The translations under genes were made by a program, and so were the position numbers. From Phoronis australis (lineage: Eukaryota > Animalia > Phoronida), in the NCBI GenBank assembly GCA_002633005.1, contig NMRA01000604.1:3876-51780 (forward strand): a DNA stretch of 47,905 bases. Direction: 5' to 3'. The notes under the pieces are model-generated. The model was not told the origin of the DNA. It was given only the letters and a program-made list of their open reading frames with translations, and made no database searches. Position 1 is the first letter of the stretch. Each line of letters starts with the position of its first letter. Shown here one piece after another: positions 22,101-33,494 of this stretch.

Positions 22101-25100
22101 GCGATGAACTAACAGTGGGTGGTGCTGCATACACTGGAGGGCGGGAAAGAACTGGACCAGCTGCAATGATACCGGTCACTGAAGACACCTGCCCACTAGA
22201 GCACGTAGAAGGTTGTGGTGGTCTTGATATCATTGTTGTTGAAGACACATGTGTAGACGCAGTGTCATCGTTGTCTCCATTTTTGTCATCTCTCTCCTCA
22301 CTAGAATCAATGTCCATGTCAACACTTTCTGGTGACTGAGGTGGCAGGGGAGGTGGTACAATGGGAGGAATGTTCTCCAGTGATGGGTCGGGGGGAGGAG
22401 GAGGAGGAGGAGCATAGGTGATAGGCGGTGGAGGGGGTGGAGCCAAGTCACTTTCTGGTGGTGGTGGAGGTGGGGGCGGCGGCACTGGTAATGGCAAGGG
22501 AGGTGGCTCTAAACCAGGAGGAGGCGGTTCTAAACCAGGAGGATCACTGGAGGNGGGGAGGAGACTCTGGTAAAGGGGGTGGAGGAGAAGGGGGTGGCGG
22601 CGGTGGAGGGGTCGCATCAAGGTCTCCTGGAGGAAGGGGAGGAGGAGATTGGTCAGCAGGAATTTGTGGATGTAGAGCACTACCATCTTCTGTAGAAACT
22701 GTGGATGTAATGGACATGCTTGATGACTTTGTGGGAACACCTTCTTCTTCTTCATCATTTTGATCATCACTGCCATCACTGTCCTCAGAGTCACTGGCTG
22801 AAACGTTTGGTCACAAAAGTTACTTTCATGTAAACTTACATTACCAACAACAATTTTTACAATCATTCTAATCTAGCTCAATTACATAACTTGTTAATAT
22901 TTAATTGAATGTCGTAAATCCACATCAATATCACCAGGCTGAAACATTTCACCATTTCTAATCCAATAAATGAACAATTATGATTAATAACCAAAAAGAT
23001 CTTAATCTTTTGAGGAGGAAAAAGGAACAAGAATAACTCAATAAATTTTGATGGTCTGACACTCTTACAGACCTACCTTCACTACTAGACTCTACATCTA
23101 CTTTTCCAGAGATGCCAACTGTGGTGCTGTTCACTGGCTCTCTATTGGTCAGTTCACTGTTAAGTGGTTCCTCATTGGTCACTTCACCGTTCACTGGTTC
23201 CCTATTTGTCAGTTCATTGCCATCCTGTGTGTCATTCTCTACATTGTCCACTCCCTCTTCTTCCAGGCTGGGATATTCCCACTGTGATTCGTTAGTCACA
23301 TTGTCGACATAGAAATACCTCTTGTATGACCTGTTGAGGAATGAAACACAAAAATAAGGACAACGAAAAATCTCCGACGATCAGCGCACCAGTGACCAAC
23401 AAAAACAACATTTAGGGAATGCTCGCAAAATTTCAACAATTTCTTAAACTGTTTTATTAACAATGTGCAATTTGGAATTTACACTTATGAAACGCGCAGA
23501 TCGAAAATACTTCCATTTCGTTTCAGTCCTATCTTCAAGTGAAGTTTCAATAGAAACGTCAGTTGAACATAACTGTATCTAAACTGCAGTGATACCACTG
23601 TTTCTTTAACGCTCCAAAAGGCAACAGAGTTACAGCTCCCTACACATATCGTGTGCAGTGCTAAAACATCCCGCACGGAATTGCTGATGAATAAGTTCTG
23701 GTTGACCACATGGTGACTGATAATAGTGCAATTATTCACAGACTCAGTTCGGCAAGGACAACCTGCAAGCGTGGAACACAACAGTCTGGCCACACACAGG
23801 AACCAGACGTATAACATAGCGAAATGTGGACACCCTGAAATCAGGACTACACGAGCTAGAGAACATTTGGACGGAGGTACTTAAATAAACGCATCTCCAG
23901 TATTACAAAAAACATAACAATGTGTCAGGAATGACGCAGTGTAAAAGTAATTTTTTAGCAATGAATTGACCCACTTACTACTGTAACATTTGTGTGAGTA
24001 CCTCTTAGAATAAGTACTTGCGGTAAATCAAAGGGAGGATGTTCTCGAACAGCCAACGTCCTAACTCCAGTGATGCCACCTGATTGTTTTCCTACTCACC
24101 ACCAGGTGCGTCTCCCTACCAAGTCTTCGTCCGCTGTCCACATCAGGCCTGGTCATCTGTCTTCTCGGTTCAAACTCACAATGCATGTGACAACAATATC
24201 AAACATACAAAAGCAACATGCTCATGATACAGCTGCAACAGTTCTTCCGGTGTTGTCACGACAACGACCTCCTGACCCCAAAGGTCTTCGTGGACGATGT
24301 CTGAGGCGGGCGCAAACAAAAATGTGAAAGTGTCCGTACCTGTCCCAATGGCATGACCAGCCAGGTGGCGCTGCAGTCGCCTCAAATTCCTCAATCTGAT
24401 TGGCTGCGTCATTCAGTTTATTCAGCAAGTAGTCCACGTTGAGACCACCCTCATACCAGTCATGAATTCTGGTCTGAAAAGAAAAGTACATAACAGAATA
24501 CACTAACTGAACTGGTCAAACAAACTTCAGTACAAAGTGTCTGAACTTTGGGGACTTCAAAAAAAAAAAAATTGAGACGAAGTTTACCAATTTCTGGTTA
24601 ACTGGATAATTGTTAACACAGAACAATTTTGCATTGTTCTCAAGGCAGCGCAACTTCAGGATGTGATTGTTAAATTCGCAAACCCATGAATAAGGCCACT
24701 GGACAACACAAATATTGGTTTGAGAGACCGGTTTGTAGGTCCGTGAACCGATACCGTTCCACATACCAATTGTTAACAGTTATGATAATGAAAATCTGAG
24801 CAATGTTTTATTTATATCATCATATCTTAAATTTCTATTGGCACATAATACATTCAGGTGGTTAATGATCAGGTGTGAATATGGACTGAGAACTGCAGTT
24901 TACATTAGTCACAAAGTTCCGTTCCAAAAGAACCACAATAACAGTCACATGCCTTCGACTAACTCAGCTGACATCCAATGCACAAGTTGTGTTTAGAATT
25001 ATCCCTCACCTTCAAGTTCCCTGCTATTGAGTCACAACTATAAACCTGGTTATCATCGTCAAGTGACAGGGATTTTTCAGGCATTTTGGACAGTGAAATC

Positions 25101-28100
25101 TAGTCACCGCAAATACAAAACACGGTATTCTCCACATGGAGCTAAAGACAAGAAGTCAAGAATGAGATAAATACAAAGTGGTCCACGATAATTAGACATT
25201 TTGGTGGATAGGCAAGTGACAATATGTAGGGGAAAAAGACTTCGCATATACCGTGCCTATGAATGGGTACTCACCTGTGTTTCAATGAGAAGTACTTGAA
25301 GCTTAGACAGTCCCTCTCCCGTCACCTCTAGAAACTCTAACTTGTCTGTAATCAGGGACTGAAGTTCGATGACAGCCATCTAAAATATTTGAACAAGTCA
25401 AAAGGAAAGGTGTATTCCAAATTAGTGGCAGATTAGTATAAAGTCACAATCAAATTCTACAGACTTAGTACATATTTTCTGAAAATACATTCACTGAATT
25501 ATTTTCTATTGTTTTGTAGATCTTTGGCTCAATGCCCAAACTTGCCGCTAAGATCCAATAATAACTTTAAACCGTTACTATGAGAACTAAGAATACTTAC
25601 AGCGGGATTAGCTTCAACTTCATTAGACGACTCGTCATCTAAAACACAACAACTTAAAGCCGTCACAAACTCGTCAACCGACGGAGAAATTAACCTTTGA
25701 TTTAGACCCCCTTCTATTAAAAATGGTGTCAACACGCTCCCCTCGCCAAGATGAAAATTGATTTTTGGGCTTTGGGAGACTGTTACTGTTCTTACTCATG
25801 ACAATGCCAACCTGTTGACCTTGGTTTCAATCAAGAACGAACTTTCAATTACTCCCAAGCACAGAAATCCCCTCTTATCTGAGAAAGGAACAAAATGAAA
25901 CCAATTTTATAACAAGAGGTGGTGACAATCAAGAGTCTCTTTTATGGAAGGCAGGTTTATAACAGCTATAAACAATAAGTAGACAATGTTAATACCTGAT
26001 ATCACATACATTAAATTGAGAATAGTGGTGGTCACAACAAAGCAAAATGTCTAAAATCAAATTGTTGGATTTGTTTCTATTACTTGATTTCACTGATATT
26101 CAAAAATGCGACCAGAAATGGGAAAACTTTCGAACCATCTTCCAGTTTGGGTTTTTTCACTTCTTGCGCTTGATCTTCATCAGCGCCATCTGTTGTCCTC
26201 TTCAGAGAACCTGTAGATGCATTGGTGTCGTCTCCTTCGACAATCCTACGTAATTCCGTCTAGAATGCAGAGAATAAGACTGTGACACTAATTTGCATTT
26301 GGATATCTCATTCAGGGACCGTTCCCAAATATGGCCATTTTCAAGAGCGTATAGACCATACACTTAATAATGGGGCATCGACAAGTTTCATGGTGAATAT
26401 CACTCGCATTATACTTTGCTTCACAGGGCATTGAACTACCACAAGCAACATTTTGTATTGCAAAATTTAGGCAAAGATGAGCTCCATGACATTTCAAGCA
26501 GTAGCCCTTTCACTGTAGATACTTAACTACAAGCAGTTTATGTGTATTGGAAAGATGTGTTACAGCTGCAGAGGTCACCCTCATCTTAAATGAGCCAATA
26601 AATAAATAAATAAAATCAAAAAAACAGGGAGCAAGGGTGTTAGGTAACATGTGAAAGGATGCACAACCATTGCTATACGACTGTACGTTTCAACCAGTAG
26701 CCCTTTGACTCTAAATACTTAACTACAAGCAATTTACGGTTCTTGGAAAGATGTGTTACCACTACAGAGGTCACCCTCATTGTAAATGGGTGTTAGGTAA
26801 CATGTGAAAGGATGCACAACCATTGCTATACGACTGTACCGCGAGTATCACTCATAAAGCCCATAATCAGTTCATGACTACACTTTGAACACTTACCCTC
26901 TTTTTCTCCAATGCAAAGTCTAACTCATCATCAATCTCCTGACTGTTGATCGAGTCCTCTGTGTTCGTGAAGGCTTGCAACAACTCCTGCTTGACATCCG
27001 ACGGTCCACTTTTCAGAATTTCCTCCATAGGCTGAGCCACACTGCTACTGCTGGTAATTTCCTTGTGTGATTGGTCATCGTCAGCGTAATGTTGTAACAG
27101 ACCAATTCCTAGTGTTTTCGACTGTAAAGCTGGCTCTGCGGTTGAATCCAACTCTGCAGCCGGCGATACAGACCTACTATCAGACTTTCCCAATCCAGAC
27201 AGATTTTTATCACGATTACTCTTTTCAATCTTGGAAAGTTCTGCCTCGGAGGGTATTGCATGTCCTCCAGAAGCCAGTTCAAAGTTCGTGTCCAGGTCAC
27301 CATCATACCCTCCAGCAGCACGAGTTCTCAAGTCATGAGATGGCTCAGGACTTGGACTCTTCTCCCTATAGGGTACTAAACCATCGTTTTCTGTAGTTGC
27401 ATAGCTCTCATCAGCTTGCGAAATCTCATTTCTGGAAATCAATAATCAGGAAAATTTTAAAATTCTGTAAAAATAGGTACCATATTAGATTATTAAACAT
27501 TGACTGCAAAAGTGGAAACCTATAAAATAACATCTCAATGTGACTATTGGTATGAGATAGCAGACGCTCAGATGAATGAGAAATAAATTGAAGAGAAAGA
27601 TTATCAGACTGGTAAAAAGTAAAAAAATAATTAAAATTATACACCGGCGTACGCTAGAATTAAGCATCTTCACTCTGTGCATCTTTGTATTTAAAGTGAC
27701 ATTATTGGCGAGATGAGTGGTATTCTGAAATCAGTGCCAATGTGGAATCAAATCCACAACCTCAGTGATTGTAGTCCAACACTTTGCTAAACAACACTCA
27801 TTAAATGGCAGACTACTTTAACGTATTTATCTGGCAAAGTCACTGACCTTGGCTTCAGTGAATGGTTGGCAGAATTAGAAAATTGTAATAAAATTGTAAT
27901 AAAATGACTAAGAGATTTTATGGCTTTATAATTCTCGTCAAAGAAAATAACTTCAAAAACACTATCCTGTCCAAAAAGAGCATTTTCAGCCGTAAAACGG
28001 ATTATGTCCTACAAACATTTTACCCCTGTTCGTCCATAATAACGCCATTGCTTCGGAGTCTAATTGGCAGACCCTTGGCCTGTTTAAAGGCTACTTTCTC

Positions 28101-30403
28101 CTCGTAGTGTTTGTAGAGCAGCAGATACTGTGTATATTCCTCAGGGATTTCCCAGGTGACCTCATTAGTGATGGTGTTCCAGTAGTAGGGATGCTGGGTA
28201 TTCTCATCCAAGCAGTGCTGCCACAGTGTGGATGGAACTAGAAGTATGAATGGATAATTTACTTTGGCAAAAATAACTTGCTTTGTGCAGACAGCCCTAT
28301 GTTCTCCCAACATGTATCCATACATGATGATGCACTGAGATTGAGAAGCCCTGAGCGAGGCAAAGCACGGAGCCATGCTTGGAAATCTTAAATCATGTTT
28401 CAAGAGCTAGACCTGTCTCTACTGTACAAGACAAATGACTGAGTTAGTTATGTGCAGAGGTATGTATTCTTTTAAACTTTTTATATATAGATGATGGCGG
28501 GATGCCCAGAAAAAGAAACCAATGTGCAAACCATAGCGAAATGACAGAAAGGGAGATCAGGGCGTGAAAACACTACGTGCAACTGGAGCAACATTTGCAT
28601 CAATAATCAAACAAATTTCAAACTTCTATAAAAATTTATACTTCATTAAAATATGGGCCAGCACAGAACGGTAGCTACAAGCTGAGCTGTCTGCTTCAAA
28701 TGAACCCTAGCTGATCTGACAACGTAAGCCAAGGTGTGAAAATATGACAAGAATTGAACGAACTAGCTGCAGGTTTATTCAGTTGTTTTCGCATTGGCGT
28801 GAGCTGTCACTTGAGGTAGATAGCTCAGCTTGCGCCGCCTGCATGCTTGAGCAAAGAAAATCACCATTACATTAAATATATGTAAGGTGACTAATCAAGA
28901 GAACTTGAATGGTTGAGCAAGTCAGATAAACTTTGATTTCAAAACGGTTTGAAAACAGTTGGACAAGAAGGTGCAATCTTAAACACAACTGCAAGCAAAT
29001 GCTGTATTGCAACCTTCAACTACATTATACATTCAATACACTACCATCTACGATATCATCTGCATCTGACAACCCCTGTGAATCTGGCTCTGTGGACTCT
29101 TCCAGAGGAATGCCATCGACATCTTCAGTCTCTGGGATTGGTGCACCATTGTTTGGGGGAGGTTCAGCTGGTTCTAGAGATTCTATTTCCTAAATGCAAA
29201 TAACAAACAAAACTAAAAAACATTGACACTTTTAAGACTTCAATGTGCAATTCATTTCAATAAATTCAAACAAAATTGCCCATTCATACAACGAAATCTT
29301 GCCAAAATGGCAGACAGGTGGAATTTTTTATTTTCTCACTTTTCATAAATGATGCAGAGTGCCATTGAAAAGAATGCTTTGTCATATTCAAGTTCTGTAC
29401 TATAGCTACCAACAGGCAAAATTTTGAAAAAATTGCGATCGTTCAGGACAACGTTAGAGGTGGTAGAAAAATGAAGAATGTTAATATGGCAATTATTTTT
29501 GTCTGAAATTGGTAAGATTTTACTGCAGCAGGAGTAAAGCAAATAAATTATTTTCCAACTTCATAAGGAATCCATAAATTTTAGAAACATGCTAGATGTC
29601 GCCAAGGGTGGTTAGGTCATTCTTTCATGACAAACTTGCACATGAATATACTATTGACAGGGAAAGTGCATAATGAACAAGTACATATAGCACAAGTATC
29701 ACTAGCACATGAGTGGCAGTTCAGTGACTCTAACAAAAGGTCACCTGACAGCCAATCACAGGGAGACTCTAACAAGAGATCAGTTGGCAGCCAATCACAG
29801 GAAGGGAGACTCCAACAAGAGGTCAGCTGGCAGCCAGGGAAACTGCTTGACAAAAATTGAATATTGTCACAGTAAGAACCCATAGAGGAGACAGTGTCTC
29901 TTCCCTTTACTCAAGGTGGTGGGTTTGAGTTCCACTGAGGCACATTGCTAAATCCTCAAGTCAGGTCTCAAGCTCCTCAACTCGGTTTAATAAAGCATAA
30001 AAATGGTTCCAGGTGATCAGTACAAAGGACCCACCTAAGCGGCCTGCGCACGTCTGGCTCGTGTACCAGACTGCCTGCAATTATTTTTTAACTACCAACA
30101 AACTGTTTCCAGCATCACCATATACGGATATTCCAGACTTTTTTAACACAACCAAGAACTTGAGGCATGCGCTAACTAAACAAAGCTCTCATGACTTACG
30201 GCTAAGAAGCTTGATAACTTCTGATCAGCTTCATTTTCCACAACCGCCGACGAGGACACCTGGTCGTTCTCCTGATTTTCTTCATCTGAGTAATCGTCAT
30301 AGTCACCATAACTGACTAGTCCCCTGGGGCGTTGGGGGGTGTCCAGCTGCAGAACAGTCCTTCGCTTGCCAATGCCACTGGACTTGTCTCTTCTCTTACC
30401 CAT
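19107..30403 (-). CDS. FNBP4: Formin-binding protein 4 (FBP30), two WW domains plus Pro-rich region, 12 coding exons
   Basis: Exons 30403-30200, 29189-29045, 28237-28024, 27431-26897, 26259-26136, 25638-25601, 25379-25275, 24473-24340, 23330-23077, 22797-21991, 20636-20452, 19197-19107. GT-AG and phase-consistent except at the N at 22554. Motifs WW1 WQHCLDENTQHPYYWNTITNEVTWEIP, TRIHDWYEGGL..PPGWSCHWDRSYKRYFYVDNVTNESQWEYP, PTLVQKWQQIQ, RIEQWKKEQLMSGMAEGSANFEEVPSDWRER match FNBP4. Confidence 0.93.
19360..19617. mobile_element. Foldback element with two inverted tRNA-derived arms, copy 2
   Basis: 19387-19472 is an inverted partial arm and 19473-19617 a forward arm (TGGCTCAGTG..GGTTCGAGTC). Outer terminus TTAA|CTGGCGTGGAAAT at 19360. 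Confidence 0.75.
20452..20636 (-). CDS. FNBP4: FNBP4 coding exon 11
   Basis: SSKGPSTLALKKKNFPTLVQKWQQIQ...RIEQWKKEQLM. Confidence 0.9.
21991..22797 (-). CDS. FNBP4: FNBP4 coding exon 10 (acidic and poly-Pro)
   Basis: SDSEDSDG...PPPP...KEKKKKK|gtactt. The reading frame changes exactly at the N at 22554. Confidence 0.8.
23077..23330 (-). CDS. FNBP4: FNBP4 coding exon 9 (end of WW2)
   Basis: SYKRYFYVDNVTNESQWEYP...SSSE G|gtaggt. Confidence 0.85.
24340..24473 (-). CDS. FNBP4: FNBP4 coding exon 8 (start of WW2)
   Basis: TRIHDWYEGGLNVDYLLNKLNDAA...PPGWSCHWDR. Confidence 0.92.
25275..25379 (-). CDS. FNBP4: FNBP4 coding exon 7
   Basis: MAVIELQSLITDKLEFLEVTGEGLSKLQVLLIETQ|gtgagt. Confidence 0.9.
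25601..25638 (-). CDS. FNBP4: FNBP4 coding exon 6 (38 nt)
   Basis: ttttag| DDESSNEVEANPA |gtaagt; restores phase. Confidence 0.7.
26136..26259 (-). CDS. FNBP4: FNBP4 coding exon 5
   Basis: TELRRIVEGD... continues the ALEKKRxELR motif; the donor (G|gttcga) is weak. Confidence 0.7.
26500..26839. repeat. Two-copy intronic tandem duplication (~145-bp core; first copy carries a ~45-bp A-rich insert)
   Basis: CAGTAGCCCTTT...GAGGTCACCCTCAT...GGGTGTTAGGTAACATGTGAAAGGATGCACAACCATTGCTATACGACTGTAC occurs twice. Confidence 0.9.
26897..27431 (-). CDS. FNBP4: FNBP4 coding exon 4
   Basis: Long open exon ending EIDDELDFALEKKR|gtaagt. Confidence 0.88.
28024..28237 (-). CDS. FNBP4: FNBP4 coding exon 3 (WW1)
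   Basis: WQHCLDENTQHPYYWNTITNEVTWEIP. Confidence 0.92.
28678..28832. mobile_element. MITE-like element with ~26-bp imperfect TIRs
   Basis: CAAGCTGAGCTGTCTGCTTCAAATGA vs TCACTTGAGGTAGATAGCTCAGCTTG. Confidence 0.6.
29045..29189 (-). CDS. FNBP4: FNBP4 coding exon 2
   Basis: EIESLEPAEPPPNNGAP...DIVD; continues the FLAEI motif. Confidence 0.8.
29726..29835. repeat. ~39-43-bp minisatellite x3 containing CCAAT
   Basis: GACTCTAACAA(A/G)AG.TCA..TG.CAGCC(AATCACAGG) units. Confidence 0.85.
30200..30403 (-). CDS. FNBP4: FNBP4 coding exon 1
   Basis: MGKRRDK..RRTVLQL...DQKLSSFLA|gtaagt. An acceptor (ttttag|G) lies just upstream, implying a 5' UTR exon. Confidence 0.9.
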
Positions 30404-30470
30404 CCTAAAACAAAAACTAAGAATTGCACATCATGCAAATTATGTCAGTAGAAGCATTGGTATATTGTCT

Positions 30471-30689
30471 CAGACAACCTGTTGGCCACATCACGAGACC
30501 TAATGAACGATAGTCTGAAAAGATTTCTGCCCCGAACAGGACTCGAACCCGGGACCTTGTGCTAACCGTACAGACACTCTGGTCCACTGAGCCATTGGGA
30601 CCACCGGTTGAACACAGAAATCCAATCAGACTTAGCACTAGGTGGTGTGCAGACCAAATGATTATGATCTATAATTCCACGCCGGTTCA
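30471..30689 (-). mobile_element. Foldback/tRNA-derived element, copy 3
   Basis: Minus-strand tRNA-like head at 30471-30607 (TGGCTCAGTGG, GGTTCGAGTCC), plus an oppositely oriented tail at 30637-30689 ending TTCCACGCCGG|TTCA. Confidence 0.75.
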
Positions 30690-31654
30690 AGATTTGCAAT
30701 TATTGTTGAACAATAAATCCCACAAATGCTTTAGAGCTCTAAACCTGCTACGAGACTGCCTTTTGTCAAGCCCTTGAACTATTCCATTTTGACGAACGTT
30801 AAATCATGAATTAAGAAAACTCACAATTTGGAAACCACTTGAAAAACTAAACGCCATTTGCAATAAAATGTTAAAACTGGCCTCGGCGTGTTCTTTTGTT
30901 CTTTACTCGGATGACAAATGATTTCTAGGGTTGGAAATAAAGTAGCTCTTCATCTTTGCTGCGAAGGCCAGACTCATCAAGTCATGTGACACGAAGTACG
31001 TGCCAATTGAAAGCATTATGGAGCTGTTCCAACTTGTGTTGTACTCCATCTAGAATTCAACATCAGAACCAACCTATTTGACCAGCCATGCTGCTGACAG
31101 TGAATAAATTGAGCCGCCTACACTATACTGCACAGCGCTGGATCACGTTCTGTTGCTTTACTTATTATCTCAAGTGATCGTGGATCACCCACTTGAATGG
31201 AATAAACCTCTCCAGGCTGTCGGTGCTGCAGTCCATAGTTGCCGTGACGACTAAGTCCCAGCTAGTTACACAAGATGGTTTCTTAACTTCTAACCCATCA
31301 GAATGATTGCATGTTACTTCGTTTCATTAACGACAAACAAGTGCGTTATCAAATTTAGACACCGACACCTCTCGGTGGCAATGTATAAAAATGCAACGAT
31401 TAGCCACATCAGAGGTCCGCCACATCAAAAGTGACTTCTAACTTATGATGGAAATTTGATCCTAAATTTCACGTAACTATTTCTAAAAATGATTAAATCT
31501 CAACTCAACAAAAGTGCAGTCTCTGAGAATACACACAAAACTACTAGATACACAGACAATATCTATAAAATTTGTCTATACACCCCCGGATAGAACAGCA
31601 GCGATATGGGAACTTGTTTTTGTTTAATTGAATCAAGGTCAAATAATTAGGTTG

Positions 31655-31836
31655 TTGTGAAGCGTGACTTCCGGTTGTGACGACATGCAAAGTGAGACAA
31701 AGACTCTGTAAGTCGCTTGCCAAGTGGCAATTGCCTCTTGGCCAAATGGTTTAGAGGCAATTGCCGCTTGGCAAGCGGCTTAGAGAGGCTTTATCTGACT
31801 GTACGTGACGTCACAACCGGAAGTCACGTTTCACAA
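31655..31836. mobile_element. ~180-bp palindromic MITE-like hairpin between FNBP4 and the RIC8-like gene
   Basis: TTGTGAAGCGTGACTTCCGGTTGTGACG ... CGTCACAACCGGAAGTCACGTTTCACAA; the inner arms also pair (CGCTTGCCAAGTGGCAATTGCCTCT / AGAGGCAATTGCCGCTTGGCAAGCG). Confidence 0.8.
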
Positions 31837-32587
31837 TACTGTCATAGGAGGTCATGGAAAGGAATGAGTCAAGAGTAAAGGAATATATCCAATTCTACTT
31901 TATGATTATAGCCAGCTTAACAACTTTAACTTAACAACATTAAATGATCAAAGTTAAAAAACATCAAAACCTGACAAAAAAGGACAAACGAGGTTATTGA
32001 GAGGCAAGTCTAAATTGTTAAGCTTTATTTTAATTCAAAAGTTATCACCAGTGCCTGGCGATAACTATCGGATGGAAAATATACAGGAGGGTCACCGACT
32101 CTACCTGGCCCGTGAAGCAGTGAAGCAACGAAGGTTGAGGAGTTGGTAGACAAGTCAACTCCGTTAGCCTTGCCCTTGACACACAGTCTACTATGATGTG
32201 TCAGTGTGTGTTCTAACTTAGGAAAATCGGCTACAAGAATTTTATTTTCAGTTATATATATCATTACCACAGTAACATACTTACTCAGTTTACCCCTTAA
32301 AATGTTTATTTAATGCATCATTTGATAAAATGCTTTAAAACCAGCCCCTGTAGCACCTGCAAATGTCAGAAATACAGAAAGAAAGATTCCCCTCTTATTT
32401 CGCATTTCCGGTTTGGCCTTTTAAAGCAAGCTATACTATTGGGCTTTAGAAAATCCAAGAAACCAATCATAGTGTTTGTAGCAAATCTGCTAAGGAAGAA
32501 TTCTGCAACAAGGCACCGAGATCAATATATTTGAGACTCAATATTTTGCAAGAATTCGTTAACTTTGCCAACAAACGATTTTTTAAA

Positions 32588-32668
32588 ATGGATGAGGAGG
32601 ATATAAAAGCGTTACAAAGTGATTCTGAACAGGATCTTTGCAGAGTCGTAGCATCATTCAATGAAAAG
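32588..32668 (+). CDS. RIC8: Probable first coding exon of Ric-8/synembryn (G-alpha GEF/chaperone); rest of the gene not found in window
   Basis: aaaATGG start, MDEEDIKALQSDSEQDLCRVVASFNEK, then an AAG|GTAAAT phase-0 donor. Resembles Ric-8 N-termini and, as recalled, their first intron after about 28 codons. Only 27 aa. Confidence 0.5.
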
Positions 32669-33120
32669 GTAAATTTTTTTGAGTTTTGTCTCTCGATCTC
32701 GACGTCTCAGCTGTGAATTGTGTATGACTGTATGATACAGTGTAACACTTGACAGTGACAAGTGACAGTGTGTCCGACCCACTCGAGTCTCGCTGCCTTG
32801 GCTGACCAGTTGATAGTAGTCCCCAAATGACCCTATATTTGACTGTTGAAGCAGGTGCTGTACTTATAACTGGAGAATTTCTCCTGCATTGAATGGATTT
32901 TTTCTATTCAGTCTTTGACCAATTTCTGGGGGGAATGGATTTGTCAAAGACAGTGTCCAAGAGATATAGCATAACTGAACACTGTAGTGACAGGTGACCT
33001 CTGGGTGTGACGTTGAGTTGTTAACCCATTCTGTGACGTCATCAAGATTAACCTTTCACTGCGGCGGTGATCGGCCAATTCAGGTAGTTCTAGAGTTAAC
33101 CACTATACCTGCATGTCTTA

Positions 33121-33248
33121 GGCACTTGTCGGATATAGCGGTCCCGGATTTGGAGAACCAGGCAGTCACTAAATAATCATGATGGGCCCGTTACTTAGTG
33201 GATGAAACTGGTTCTCTAAATCAGGGACTGCTATATCTGACCAGTGCC
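33121..33248. mobile_element. Palindromic MITE (GGCAC...GTGCC), copy A
   Basis: Self-complementary arms; related to 33375-33494 in opposite orientation. Confidence 0.75.
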
Positions 33249-33374
33249 TCTGTCTTCTTGCGAAGTATATCACGTGACGAATTTTCTTCCTTTTTAGAAT
33301 TTGATGGTTATACCATTAATTAAAGTTAGTTTACTGATTATTTTGTCTGAAAAGTTATTAACATAATAAACCTT

Positions 33375-33494
33375 GGCACTAGATGGGTATAATGGACCCT
33401 GACTTAGAGAACCAGTTTCATCCACTAAATAACGGCTGTTATTTAGTGATTACCCCGTTCTCTAAGTCAGGGTCCATTATACCCGACTAGTGCC
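33375..33494. mobile_element. Palindromic MITE (GGCACTAG...CTAGTGCC), copy B
   Basis: GGGTATAATGGACCCTGACTTAGAGAAC pairs perfectly with GTTCTCTAAGTCAGGGTCCATTATACCC. Confidence 0.85.

Noticed and set aside
22064-23312. Plus-strand Gly/Ser-rich ORFs
   Set aside because: Antisense shadows of FNBP4 low-complexity exons.
25797-25878. Extra FNBP4 exon after a good acceptor (cctttctcag)
   Set aside because: In-frame TGA, and the model is phase-consistent without it.
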